Positions 22,716 through 35,579 of a stretch of DNA of 64,000 nt are shown one piece after another (positions within the stretch are counted from its first letter, which is position 1; each line of letters starts with the position of its first letter). Below the pieces are notes generated by a model that worked only from the letters and a program-made list of their open reading frames with translations, was not told the origin of the DNA and searched no databases. The stretch comes from Hydrolagus colliei (taxonomy: Eukaryota): NCBI GenBank assembly GCA_035084275.1, contig CM068744.1, positions 73,346,001 through 73,410,000 on the forward strand. The letters are read 5' to 3'. The position numbers and the translations under genes were made by a program.

Positions 22716-25700
22716 GGATGTCTATTGATGTTGTTTATGAGGGTAGGAGAGGAAAATTGTTCTTTGGTGTGATACTTCCCAGAAGAGAAAAGGGGAAGAG
22801 AGACACGCAGGAGAAAATACCAAGGTTCTGACTTTACTCACACTAACTGATGCTTTGTTCCTCACTCCTCAAGAATTCATAACACAGACAAACAGGCTGT
22901 GTGTCATACCAGGGCGGGCAGACAAAACCTGAGATGACAGACATTCTCAGATTCTTGTGGTGTACCAAACCTAAACTCATCGCCTTACTAGGGCTGAGCC
23001 TGAGTAACCTCCGCAGTGAGAGCGGAGGCAAGCATTGCTGGCAAGCTCTGCTCTGCTCTGCCAGTCAGCATTGCAGTCGGAGCTTCTGTTAGGAAGTGCT
23101 TGTAGACATCTGCGGGCCACACATTTAAACAATGTGTGGCCCGCCAATAGATTAAGCGCGTTTTTTTTTGTTGTTGTGGAATTTGGTTTTTTTCTTATTA
23201 TTAAAAAAAATTGGCAACCACTTGGCCTGTGCAGTATTTCACAAATATTTCACATATGTTTTTCAAGATAATGGGTGCCTAAATCGCAAGCAATTCATAA
23301 CAAATGAGAGGCGGTAGGAACCACTCAGCCACTGATGGCAAGTCCGGGCCGGGAATCTATAAACGCGGCATGTCAACCCTGAAATAATTGTACTGCGGCA
23401 GCGGATCGTGGCCGGGTAATGATCCCGTGGGGTTGTGGCAGAGTTCCTGTGGCTCGATATGGCATTTAGGTGCAGCTGAACCATAACATAGTGGGTGGTC
23501 AGTTTGGGGACCATTTAAAAAAAAAAGAAAGACTGTTTTATAAATGGAGTATTATAGTGAGGCCACTTCTTAATCGCTCCCTGGGTCGTCTGAATCAGGC
23601 CTCAAAGGAAATGCCAGTCTGAGCATACTTGGGACTTTTCCATTTTTCATTGTACAGTGTTACAAATTGATTGCATTACTATTTACAGGACAGAAAGTGT
23701 CTTAATCTCCTCCGTCCCTTAAGGGTATAGATAGGCATTCCAGTAATATGTTAGATATGACGCCTCCAACAATCAGGAGGTGTCACTGTCTGAAGCTCAA
23801 AAGGAGGATGTTGAATGGGCAGTTTAGGCGCAATTGCTATGCACAGCAGGTGGTGAATGTGTGGGTCGATTTTCCCCAGGAAGATTTCCTCACGATTGTC
23901 GTAGATGAATGAAAACAGGTGCTGCACAAGGTTCTATTTTAAAAAAAGCTTTCTTATTTATGTGGTTATGTATCTCTGAAGCACTCCCAAGACGTAACCT
24001 TATGTGAAGCAGACTATACAAATGTGCAGCTTGGTGTGTGTTTTTTTCTAAAAAAAAAGCTTTCCTCCAGGCCATTATATAAATAGTGAGCAATGAATTC
24101 CATTCCTGGGGTGGTCATTTTACATACACTTTTCCAAAATAACGTGACGTCGGATGGACGTCTCAAGGCGCTGTGACAGAAAGTAACAGCACTTTATAGC
24201 CACAAAACGTCTTCCCATACCCAGCACAACCCATAATGATTTATGCTGGAAATCGTTTCCAGTGACAATATGTTTGAAGAGTTGTCCAGATCGACTGTTA
24301 AGGAATACAAGTGTCCCCCGCACTAATGATCCATCCGCTTCCACTCCCGAGTCTCACAGGAAGCTGAAATACAGGTTTTATGCAAACAGCAATCGAGTGG
24401 GGATGTGTGTTTACTCTAGCACACGGCACATTCCTGACCAAGCAGAGCAGTGTTCAGGGGGGTCACAGGGTCAGCTTTCTGTTTTCGAGCAGCGAGCAGG
24501 CCTTTCTGAGCTCCTGGTGCCAACAATCAGGAGGAAATACTCACGAGTCTGGAATTTTCAGGAAATAGCACACAAAACAAAACCAGAGCTTCCTTCTAGG
24601 TCTCCCATTCCACTGAGTTGCTGCATCCGGGGATCTGCTGGGACTGGGTGCAGACCTCACTGACCAGGCTGGCTCTGTGTATGTGTAAAGCACTGCTCAT
24701 CGGCAACTGAGTAAATAAATAAATAAATAGGATAACAAATTCTTGGCAAGAGCAGAGTGCATAGAAAATATTAAATGCTGTCGAAAAATCTAGGAGAAGA
24801 ATAATGACGTGCCGAAATTGAGAGATGGTGAATCTATCATGTCCAGCGGGCTTGGTTAAAACAATATGTAACAGCGCAAAAGCTAATTTAATGGGATGAT
24901 CAATAGTCAAAGAGCGACTATAATTCATGGAACAAAGGAATGTTTCCCTGGAGCAGGAATAACACGAGGCAGAAGGGGAGGGTGATTAATAACCCCCTCC
25001 GCACAAACACTCGTACACGACGGTAATTGAATCTAAAGGGTAAAAAGTTGCTGACATTATCGTGACATACAGCGATGATTAGTGGTTTATGTTAAGATAA
25101 AGGGCCACTTCCTTGATAAAGGCTTGTAACAGATGGCGATGGCAGGAAACTTGATCTTAGGAGCAATTGTCCTGAGCACAATTTGGATGATGTGATAATA
25201 GAGACAATTTAAAAAGTTGGAACACAGGTTAGCAAAATGTCCTGAAAACATGTTCTTCACAAAGACCAAGTGGATGGGGCTTCCTTGACTGATGATTTTT
25301 TTTTCTTATTTCGACCAACACTTATTCTCCAAAGATTCTGGTGGTAATTTCAGGCGGTAACCACTGTATTGCCCACAAGTTACTATGTAGTGGAGGGACC
25401 CTGGACTGGGCAGTCTCCCCTCTCCTGATCGCAATTCATTCATGGCCTGTTACAAAGGCCGTACGTGCGTCAATCAGGTGGTCAAAGGATTGGGGCTCAC
25501 CATCCTGTCAGCCACCAACCAACACTTATTCACATAGGAAGAGGGGACCTTCAGGTGAGATAGCACAAGACCTCATATAACAACCAGTGTAAGTCAGTGT
25601 ATGCAGGAGAGAACGGGAGAGAAAACTGAAAAGAAAATTTGCTTGAAACTCAATGACACAATGATGTGCACTTCACATTGCCTTTCTGAAGAGCTCTGTT

Positions 25701-27204
25701 TATTCTAGGAATTCTAATTTGGAAACTAGTTCCAGGTTTTATAAGACTTGTGTTAAATTGTGCGTGTGTATCTGCCTGCGCATATGTGTGTGTGTGAAAG
25801 TTACATTTCCTCCTCCCCAATCTGATTTGTCTTCTTTGGTCACAAATAGGCTTTCTATAGGCTTGTCACAATATTGTAATGGGTAGGGGATAAAATAACC
25901 ATTCTGTGTCCTTTTCTCGTTACCCCCACTTGAAAAACTCAGCTTCTTTGATTGTGCAAATACCCAAGAGTAATTTGCTGGAATGGCATGGGTGGGGTGA
26001 GCCTGTAACATTTATAAACCATAATAGAACCAAATACTCAAATGTGCATTTAACACATAAAAACAAGGGTGGATGGTGGTTAAACTGAGGGGAATGCTGG
26101 TGGGGTGGGTTGGGGACAAAGTGGGGGAGAGATGCTCCTGTATCAGTTTGTTAAGGCTTGCTAGGCGTTGCCTGTCTTGTACAACCTCCTTTCCCCTGTT
26201 GTTTATACAGTACTTGCATTTCAACATGTGATTCTTGGAGTGGCCCCAAAATAGTGCAGCTTACAAAAACTCCTGCTAAAGTTGTTTCTGTCGCTACTCT
26301 TCACGTCAAAAATAGACAGCAAGTAAACGTTCCAGATCCTCTGTTGGAGGGCAGCGCTCCACATTGCCATGTTAGACCCATTGCTATGTCAGATCCCAGT
26401 AGGACTTTGTTTGATTCGTGCTGAAGGCAAACTCCTAATCATGGTTAATTCTATAAAAACATGCTGCAGCAGGGACATGTATTGCCAGTAGTGTTAGCAG
26501 ATGTGCATTCCCTTCTTTTCACGTAATTGTTTTTAAATCACTTCATGTTGGTGTTCTTTTTCTCCCTTTGCCGCCAATCACGCAAAGGGCAGACTTGCCG
26601 CCGAGGCCGTTTTTGTTAGCTAGCCTGCGGTGAATTTCTGGGCACTTCAATATTACGTGATTAATCCAAACTGGCCCAGAGTGGTTTTGTGTGAGCTGCA
26701 GCCTGACGTGTTGCATATTAGTTCAAAAGAATGATCGTCACAAGCCAGGGATAGCAGCTGAATCACTGTTTCTTGCCTCAGGACCCCTTCCCCAGGCCAA
26801 ACAGGGAAAATTAATCAGAGTTCCTAATCCTGATGCTCCAAAATTGCTTGGTCTTAAGTTTTTATTCTGCAGATCTTTTTAATATAAATGGAAAATAATA
26901 ATAATTTGATATAGTGCCTTATCATGTAATTGAGATGTCTCACCAAAGCACGTCACAGAATATAGTGTAAAGTGAATTGTCTATATATTCTGTGGGTGGA
27001 AAAAAATTGCTCAAGGCATTGTCCCACAAAATATTGTGGATTGAGTGACCAATTGTTTTTTGGGGAACATTGTTTTCGAAATGAATACTGAATTTAAGAA
27101 TTTTTCCAAAATCTGCAAAACCTAAAATATTGGCGATTTAAAATTAAAACCATTATTAACAGTAAAAATTATTATTATTATATTACAGTTTGTTATTATT
27201 TAAC

Positions 27205-27450
27205 AATTTAAGATAGTTAGCAAAGGGCAATTAGGATTTTTTTCTAACATGGAGTGTTAAGATATGGAATGCCCTGCTGGAGGTCGAAGAATAATCTATA
27301 TTAAACAGTGAACGAAATAGATACAGAAAAATTTGCAAGGGTACATAGAAAAGGCGCAGCAACGGGACTTAATGGATGCGTGGTTCTTTTGAAGAGCCGC
27401 TGCAGACAGGATTGGTCAAATGGATTCCTCTGTGCTATACATTTCTATAG
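27205..27450 (+). mobile_element. Highly degraded CR1 3' end
   Basis: tttttctaacatggagtgttaagatatggaatgccctgc...caaatggattcctctgtgct resembles the CR1 end at 53007. Confidence 0.55.
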
Positions 27451-27645
27451 TCCTTCATCACGCTGAAACATCTGAAAGCAGTTCACAAGTTTTTGAAAGT
27501 GTAGTGAAGGTATTGCAGGCAATTTGCTGAAAGCAATGTCCCACAAACAGCTATGAAGTGAATGACAAGCAGATGGTAACCTCAGTCTAACATCTCATTC
27601 CAAAGAATGATCCCAACTATGCAGGTGACGCCAATGAGCTATGCT

Positions 27646-28095
27646 GACAACAAAGTTACATTTATAGAGCACCTTTCACATTGGAAGAACGTCCCAAGGC
27701 GCTGAACAGTTAGGTTGGTCCCTGAGCAGGGGGGAAGGATCAGGGTAGGGGAAGGAGAGTAGGAAAGTGGGAGAGTTAGGAGGGCAGCAGAGGGCATGGT
27801 CGAAGAGGAGTCTTGAGGCTGGCCTTGAGGCTGGCCTTGAGGCTAGCCTTGAAGGAGGAAAGGGAGGAAGCGAGGTGAAGGGATTGTGGGATGGAGTTCC
27901 AGAGTGTGGGGGCAGAGAGGCTGAAAGCCCAGCCACCGATGGTTGGGCGGATTGGGCGGGGGACATGGAGCAGGCCAGAGCCCGCTGAACGGAGGGGACC
28001 GGCAGGCTGATAGGGAGACAGCAGGTCAGGGAGATAGGCGGGGGCAAGACCATGAATGGCCTTGAAAGTGAGGACGAGGATCTTGAATTCAAGGA
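27646..28095 (-). mobile_element. L2 LINE 3' fragment
   Basis: Minus ORF EFKILVLTFKAIHGLAPAYLPDLL...APTLWNSIP. Same 3' end as the 28375-30312 element. Confidence 0.9.
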
Positions 28096-28374
28096 TCGAC
28101 AAGGATTGCGTGGACATCAGGAGAAGGTTTTGTTGATCGGCTTCACGGTAAAACAGCCTGAGAGCACTCGTTGTCCAAAGTAACACATGACAGATGGGCA
28201 TGTGGATGAGTTACTGTAGGCTGCCTGGTGTTGTGGAACACTACTCCCAACACGTCAGAGCCTGCAGGAAAGGAGAAGAGCAAAAAAAGAACATAAATTG
28301 ACAAAATAGAGAAAATAGCTTTGTGGATCGAGACCATGAATATCAGCAGGCTCTGGGACTGGAGGACATCCTGT

Positions 28375-30312
28375 AATCTCCTCTTCGCCACCACCAACCA
28401 GCTCCTCCGCCCCCCCCCCCCCCCCCCGCCTCGCCTCGCTTCGCAGATCCTCTCCTCAAACGAACGTTGTGAGGAAATGTTGGACTTCCTCGAGTTCAAA
28501 ATAGAGAGAATCCGCTCTGCGGTTTCCTCCCCCCACCTCTCCTCCACCTCCGCCCTGCCATTCGTTATTTCAACCCCCACCCAGCCCCCCTTTCATAATT
28601 TCAGCCCCACCACTCCGTCTTTAGTCACAAAAATAATCACCTCCATAAAACCAACCACGTGCTCATTGGACCCCATTCCCACCCCCCTCCTCTGCACCCA
28701 GCTCCACCTTTAGGCCCCGCTCATTTCTGACACCATTAACCTTTCCCTCTCCTCAGGCACCGTCCCTGCTTCCCTTAAAACAGCCACCATCACACCTATC
28801 CTGAAAAAACCCTCCCTTGATGCGTTGCAGCCATCAAGCTACCGACCCATCTCCAACCTCCCGTTTTTATCTAAGGTCCTTGAAAGAGTGGTTGCCTCCC
28901 AGCTCCGCTCTTTCCTCTCAATTCACTCACTCCTTGAACCCCTCCAATCAGGTTTCCGCCCTGTTCACAGCACGGAAACTGCCCTGGTCAAGGTCACTAA
29001 TGATATCTTAACTGCCTGCGACCAGGGCTCCCTCTGCCTCCTCGTCCTCCGTCACCTGTCTGCTGCGTTCGACACAGTCGATCACACCATCCTCCTCCAA
29101 CGTCTTTCCTCCCACCTCAACCTTCAAGGCACAGTCCTTGACTGGTTCCATTCCTACCTGACCCACCGCCTACATTTTGTTTCTTCCAACGGTTTCTCCT
29201 CAAACCCCCGCACAGTTTCTCACGGCGTCCCCCAGGGCTCTGTCCTCGGCCCCCTCCTTTTCACCATTTACACGCTCCCTCTGGGCGATATCATCCGCAA
29301 ACATGGGGTAAATTTCCACATGTATGCGGACGACACCCAGCTGTACCTTTCTGCCTCATCCCTCAACCCCAGACCATCGATGTTCTGACAGCATGTCTGT
29401 CCGACATTGAGTCCTGGACGAAGGACAACTTCCTCCAATTGAACGTGAGCAAGACCGAGGCCCTCCTGATTGGCTCAAGCCAGCGCCTCCGCACATCGGG
29501 CACTGCCTGCCTCAACATCCAAGGCTGTACTCTGCACCTCACAAAGCCAGTCAGGAACCTCGGCATCACGTTCGACCATAAACTCTCCTTCCTCCCCCAC
29601 ATCCGTGCCTTGACCGGCACCGCTTATTTCACCTGCGCAACATTGCCAGGCTCCGCAACTATCTCACCCTCCACGCTGCCAAAACACTCGTGCACGCATA
29701 TATCACCTCACGGCTGGACTACGGAAACTCTCTCCTCGTCGGCCTCCCCAGTTCCTCCATTCACAGGCTGCAGGTTATCCGAAACTCTGCAGCCCGTGTA
29801 CTATCCCGCACCCGCCTCCGCGACCAAGTAACCCCAACCCTCGCCCGTCTCCACTGGCTCCCCATCCCCCAGAGGATCGAGTTCAAGATCCTTGTCCTCA
29901 CCTTCAAGGCCTTACACGGCCTTGCCCCGCCCTACTTAACCGACTTACTTTCCCCCTATAAGCCCACCCGGTCCCTCCGTTCAGCAGGTCTTGGCCTGCT
30001 CCAAGCCCCCCGCCCGAACCGCCCCACCATTGGAGGCCGGGCTTTCAGCTTTTACGCTCCCACCCTGTGGAATTCCATCCCCCAATCCCTCTGCCTTGTT
30101 TCTTCCCTTTCCTCTTTCAAGGCCGGTTTAAAGACTTTCCTCTTCAACCGTGCCTTTTGTTCCCCCCGAATTTTTCGACCTCCATTTCGTGTCTCACCCC
30201 TTCCCGAACACTCCCCGCCCAGCTCGGGTCACACGCCTCCTGTGCAGCGCCTTGGGACGTCCTCCCGACGTGAAAGGCGCTTTATAGGTTTAAGTTGTTG
30301 TTGTTGTTGTTA
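28375..30312 (+). mobile_element. 5'-truncated L2-clade LINE with disrupted reverse transcriptase
   Basis: RT motifs [48 protein letters not shown]2 C-terminus SRLDYGN...LHWLPIPQRIEFK. In-frame TAG at 28711, frameshifts near 29380 and 29630, (TTG)n tail. Confidence 0.93.
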
Positions 30313-31257
30313 GTTATATTTGTCTTTAGTTGTATCCTTACAGAGGATCTCAGCCTGTATCAGAGAAAGAATGTGCTGTTTTCCCCCTCCCCCACTCTTT
30401 ACTAAGCATCCAAATATTGATAGCTGCAAGTGCAGTCTAAGGAAAAAACAGTGTACTATATTTTGCAGAAAGATGGAATGACTCTCTGTTCAAATGAGAG
30501 TAGAAGTTACACAGCATTACAGGCTTGTGAAGGCTCGAGGTGTGACTGCTGGCGTGTGTGTCATTTTTCCTGCAAAATCTTAGATCTTTGTTGTAACATG
30601 AAACAATTACAACGCATCTCATTGAATATTGACTGCTGAATGAGCGGGAGGTGGGAAACTGAACTCAGATAAACAGAGCACACATTGCATTCTCGCTGGA
30701 CATCTCAATCTCTCTCTCGCTTTTTCTTTGTTCTCATTGGAGTCCAACACTCACTATATTGTAGCTTTTGGGGGGTTTTGTTCTGTGCTTAAAATGGAAA
30801 ATCACCTCATATTTGCTAAATATAATGGTCACAATTGTAGGATCCCTGATGTTTTGCTATCCAGATCAGGTCATCTGTTGACAACTATGATAATAAATAA
30901 TAATAATATCTATAATAATAGAATACTGAAAGCTGTCTTGTTCACATTAATTGATGAGAAAAAGTGCTTGAATTTATGGCCAGAATTCGACATGATAGGA
31001 TTCATCAGACTGTTTTCTCATTATTTCGGATATGTTTACCCCGATTTACCCATCCAAGATCAGTTGGTCATATTTGATCTTGAGTATCTCGCAGCCCTGT
31101 TATAAAGTGGTAATTGGGAAGTCCTTGAAATGAAACCATATTTTAAACGCAGCATGTTCTACTCCAGCCACTGCCAATCATTGAGTGTGAAGCCGGCCAG
31201 ACAGAAGGAGAACACAGGAATAATTATCCTGATAATAATTGCATTTGATATTGTGTA

Positions 31258-31432
31258 ATAATTTCAATTCACCACTGTTTGTGGGTACACTGCTGTACGC
31301 AATTGGCTGCCGCGTTTCACCCACAATATATACAGTCAATTCACTTTACAGTATATTCTGTGAAGCACTTTGAGACATCGATAAAACGTAAAAAGCCGCT
31401 ATATCGAATGTAAGGATTATTATTATTATTAT
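31258..31432 (+). mobile_element. tRNA-derived SINE, 3' half
   Basis: Family body and (TTA)n tail. Confidence 0.85.
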
Positions 31433-31714
31433 AATCCTTGCAAGTCATATAACATTATCAAGACCGGTTTCCCAAGCATTTCACAGGAATTACTGTAAAG
31501 TCTAGTGGCTGTGTGTGTGTATTCTTGGGAGGCGAACGGGTACAGACAGGTATACAGTGTGTTGTCACATTGTATCTGAACTTGTAGATTTATTGACTAT
31601 GCTGCAATGTAATCATTTTTTCCACTTTACAGTATTTGTAAATTGTATAAAGAAGCATCACCATCAGTAGTACTCATGGAGTCTCTGACGTGACCAACTT
31701 AAGTAACAATTTGT

Positions 31715-32044
31715 GTACATTCCCTTATCAATCTGCCCGCCCCTCCGTTCATCAGGCTCTGCCCTGCTCCACATCCCCTGACCCACCTGCCCAACCATTG
31801 GAGGGCGAGCCTACAGTCACTCTGCCCCCAATCTCTGGAACTCCATCCCGAAGTCCCTCCGCCTCGCCCCTCCCTGGCCTCCTTCAAGTCTCGCCTCAAG
31901 ACTCTCCTTTTCGATGGACCCATTGGCAACTCCTCCACCCCATTCCCCCCCATCCTCAGCTTGGGTCTGAAGCAGTAACTGTCTAGCGCCTTGGGACGTC
32001 CTCCTGACATGAAAGGCGCTGTACAAATGTAATTTTGTTGTTGT
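31715..32044 (+). mobile_element. L2 3' fragment ending in the exon 6 acceptor tract
   Basis: L2 3' end ...gaaaggcgctgtacaaatgtaattttgttgttgt runs directly into ttctctgcag. Confidence 0.85.
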
Positions 32045-32054
32045 TTCTCTGCAG

Positions 32055-32237
32055 AGACGAAGCCCACTTGTATATTCAATGGTGTGGAATATTACGACGG
32101 GAACATGTTCCGCATGGATGCCTGCCGTTTCTGCCGGTGTCAGGGAGGAGTCTCCATCTGTTTTTCGGCCCAGTGCGGGGAGCTGCACTGCGACCGGTAC
32201 TATGTGCCAGAGGGAGAATGCTGTCCAGTGTGTGAAG
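32055..32237 (+). CDS. CRIM1: CRIM1 coding exon (exon 6 equivalent), VWC domain 1, 183 nt, phase 1-1
   Basis: tctctgcAG|AGACGAAG...TGTGAAG|GTaata. Translates (E)TKPTCIFNGVEYYDGNMFRMDACRFCRCQGGVSICFSAQCGELHCDRYYVPEGECCPVCE, with the VWC signatures CxxCxC and CCPxC. Confidence 0.97.
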
Positions 32238-32512
32238 GTAATAACCCCTGGCTCCTTACACACTGCCCTAGACTGGAACATGTTGTCCAGGAGGGAGGCA
32301 GGCAGGCAGAGAACTCGCAAGTGCTTCTTAAATAAATATGCCTTGAAGAGAAATGATGGGTGATGAGTTGGTACATCTTGAATAACTAATTAATCTCCCA
32401 GTAAGTTCACGCGGATGTATGTTAAACCATACAGTGGTAAAAATCCCTTGAACAGCCCAAAATGTTCTCTTTATCCAAATACTCTGCTAAAGGAAACCAT
32501 CCTTATAACAAC

Positions 32513-32840
32513 AGTAATAATCCTTGCATTTGATATAGCGCTTTTCACATCTTATCGATGTCTCAAAGCACTTCACAAAATATACTGTAAAGTGAATTGA
32601 CGGTATATTTGCGGGCAAAATGGGCAGCCAATTGCGCACAGCAGTGTCCCACAAACAGTCATGGATTAAAATGACCAATTTTTATTATTGTGGGTTTTTG
32701 GGGACGATTTATTATTAGGCATGTGTGTGTGTGGAGTAAGGAAACTTGCCTAAGATTTCGCTCTGATCTACCTGGATTTGAACACAGGTCTCACCCTTGT
32801 AAGGCGAGTGCTCTAACCACTGAGCTACAGGAGCTCCACA
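32513..32840 (-). mobile_element. tRNA-derived SINE, full length
   Basis: Reverse complement of the family, ending aaccactgagctacaggagctccaca. Confidence 0.9.
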
Positions 32841-33874
32841 TCTTAAGGGCATGAGGTTAGCATTGCTCTGATAGCTCAGTGGGCAGCATCAGAAAGTGGT
32901 CAGTCAGTCAGTGAGCCTTATATCGGGGAGATTTCAGCATCCACCCCTGGTCTGGGCACAGTTCCATATTAGGGTGGCTATAGTAGTGGGGTGGTGGAGG
33001 AGGGGGATAATACAGCTGTTCTGAGTGACCTCCAAGGAGGGAGGGGAGCGACACCAGCCAAGACTTGGGCAAATTGCTTGGGGAGAGGTCGTCAGGTGTG
33101 GAAAAAGAACCATTGCTTTCACGAAAGGGGACAATATTGGCAACAAATAGAAATAGTCTACGCTTCTTCCTGATTCTACTTTGCTGTGTTCATTCTTAGA
33201 ATATTCTTGTAGGAAAGTGATTTTGTGGAGAGTGAAACATTGTGAGTGATCCAATGGTATGTGATGTGGAGTGTCGGCCAGATGATTTTCTTTGAGACTA
33301 TAACTGGTGTGATGTTTTCTGTGTTTGAAACAGGGAGCAGTTTAGCCTTCATAGTTGCTGGCTGTTTAAAGATGATCCTCTCGCTCTCTCTCTCTATGGG
33401 TTATCATGGATTGTGTGCTCCATGTAGTGAATTTGCTGATGTGGTCGAAACTCGTATTCTGCTCTGTTTGTTAACCCTTACAAGCTTGTCTCTATCCATT
33501 ATAAGTGAATTTACAGTACTGCGGTCAAATAAATATTTACAACATCTATTTATAAGCAGCGCAGACAAGTACGCAAAACATACCAGACATAATAGAATAG
33601 TGATCAGCCTACCTAAGCAGATCTGTGATTAGCATCTCCCGCATTGCCTCGGTTGTTTGCATTTAATGGGATTGAAAATTAATGAGTGGATCAGGTTGCC
33701 AGGAAGGATGGTTGAGATGAGAATACTGGACTCGTTTAAGAGGCAATTTGATGCAATGATGGGTGGGTATCCTGGAGGGATCAGATTAGATGAGGCAATA
33801 TCTGAGTTATCCATGATTGGATAGAGACAAGCTTGTAAGGGTTAACAAATAGAGCAGAATAAGTTTCGGCCACA

Positions 33875-34218
33875 TGTGGAGCTCTGTAGCTCAATGGTTA
33901 GAGCACTTGTTTTACATACGTGAGACCTGTGTTCAAATCCAGGCAGATCAGGACTAAACCTTGTTATTAGGTGGTGGAGTAAGTTTCCTTACTCCACCAC
34001 CTAATAACAATCCCTCCAAAAAAACCACAATAATAAAAATTGGTCATTTTTAATCCATGACTGTTTGTGGGGACGCTGCTGTGCGCAATTGGCTGCCGTG
34101 TTTTGCCCACAAATATACAGTCAATTCACTTTACGGTATATTCTGTGAAGCGCTTTGAGATGTCGATAAGATGTGAAAAGCACTACATCAATTGCAAGGA
34201 TTATTATTATTATTATAA
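33875..34218 (+). mobile_element. tRNA-derived SINE, full length, with an internal inverted duplication
   Basis: tgtggagctctgtagctcaatggttagagcac...gttcaaatcc and (TTA)n tail. Confidence 0.9.
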
Positions 34219-34311
34219 TATATCTTGTGCGCATCACTTCTTCCTTAAATGCGTGTCTCGCAACAGTCAGTGGTTTGTACATGTTTTAACTCCGTTGTGT
34301 TTTTGCGACAG

Positions 34312-34509
34312 ATCCGATATACCCAGTGCACAATCCTGCCGGCTGTTATGCCAATGGGCAGATCTGCGCCCACGGTGACCGGTGGCGGGAAGATGACTGC
34401 ACTTTCTGTCAGTGCATTAATGGGGAGCCCCACTGTGTGGCCACAGCTTGTGGGCAGAGCTGCCTGAACCCTGTGAAGATTCCTGGAGAATGCTGCCCTG
34501 TGTGTGAAG
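34312..34509 (+). CDS. CRIM1: CRIM1 coding exon (exon 7 equivalent), VWC domain 2, 198 nt, phase 1-1
   Basis: ttttgcgacAG|ATCCGATA...TGTGAAG|GTaaga. Translates (D)PIYPVHNPAGCYANGQICAHGDRWREDDCTFCQCINGEPHCVATACGQSCLNPVKIPGECCPVCE. Confidence 0.97.
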
Positions 34510-35579
34510 GTAAGACAGCCTCTGATGATAAATCGTGCCAAAATCCATCACTTATCCATATTCATGGAGCGCGAAAGCCCTTTGGAGACTGTCCTTCATA
34601 CAAATGCAAGTGTTTAGCATCCTTGGGGGTACCTTGCTTTTGTGATGTGTAGAAAAGTGACACAAATGGATGCACGAATAGCTAATGATGCTGATGCATG
34701 TTAATGTAATAGGAAAGCAAAAGTACAATTAAAATCAGCCTGACTCCTCAACTAGAGTTAATGGTAATGGACATTGTTCCAGAAAATGAATGCATTTTAT
34801 CGTCTTTTTCAGCTATATGTCACACAGATCGCAGGTTTTAAGTTTTTCCTGCTCAACATCAGTCGCGACTCAAGAGATGCACCAGAATTTTCATTAGTGG
34901 TGATAAAGAAATCTTATCAGCTTTTACAATCCTCTGGTGCTTAGAGCTTTTCTGATACTTTGGCACGTTTACTGAGTAGTTGAGCCCATAGATCAGGAAA
35001 AGTCCTAGTCTTGATTGCCGGATGGTCATGGCTGAATTAGCTGATCTCAGCCAAGAATTGCTACAGGTCGGCTCAGTGCTCCCATTTAAAGAGGGAGAAA
35101 TTAGAGCCTACAGGAGGTGTATACGTTTGTGTGTATGGAGACAACATGAGAAGATTGGATTAACACTTTGATACCGACCACCTTCTCTTACCTACTCATG
35201 CCCCCAATTTGAGTGTCATACCAAGAAACATGACTGTTTCATCAAGAAACTGAAGGGCACCCAGCCCCCTTGAGATTGTGTCCTATTGGGATAGGAAGAA
35301 AAAAAACGCAGCTTGCTGTGGCGGTCTCGGTCGTCTGTTCCTGAGCCAGGCAGGCACTGCTAATTGGCTCATTGACAGCAGACCAGTCACTGGGAGCAAG
35401 GATTCTTCTCACTCAGATTCTATTACCCTGCAAGCCAAAGCCCTAACTGGTCGGGTGATCCTAGCTGTACAAGCAGCAGGAAGCTTTCCAAACAAGTGCT
35501 CAAACTCAATGGCTAACTGGTGCTCTCAAGCTTTTAGCAGTTTGAACACCTGCGGTACCCCCAATGCACACTTGGGGGG

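Noticed and set aside
28825-30313. Active reverse transcriptase or novel RT system
   Set aside because: Ordinary 5'-truncated L2 with a stop codon, two frameshifts, a mutated catalytic motif and no endonuclease domain.
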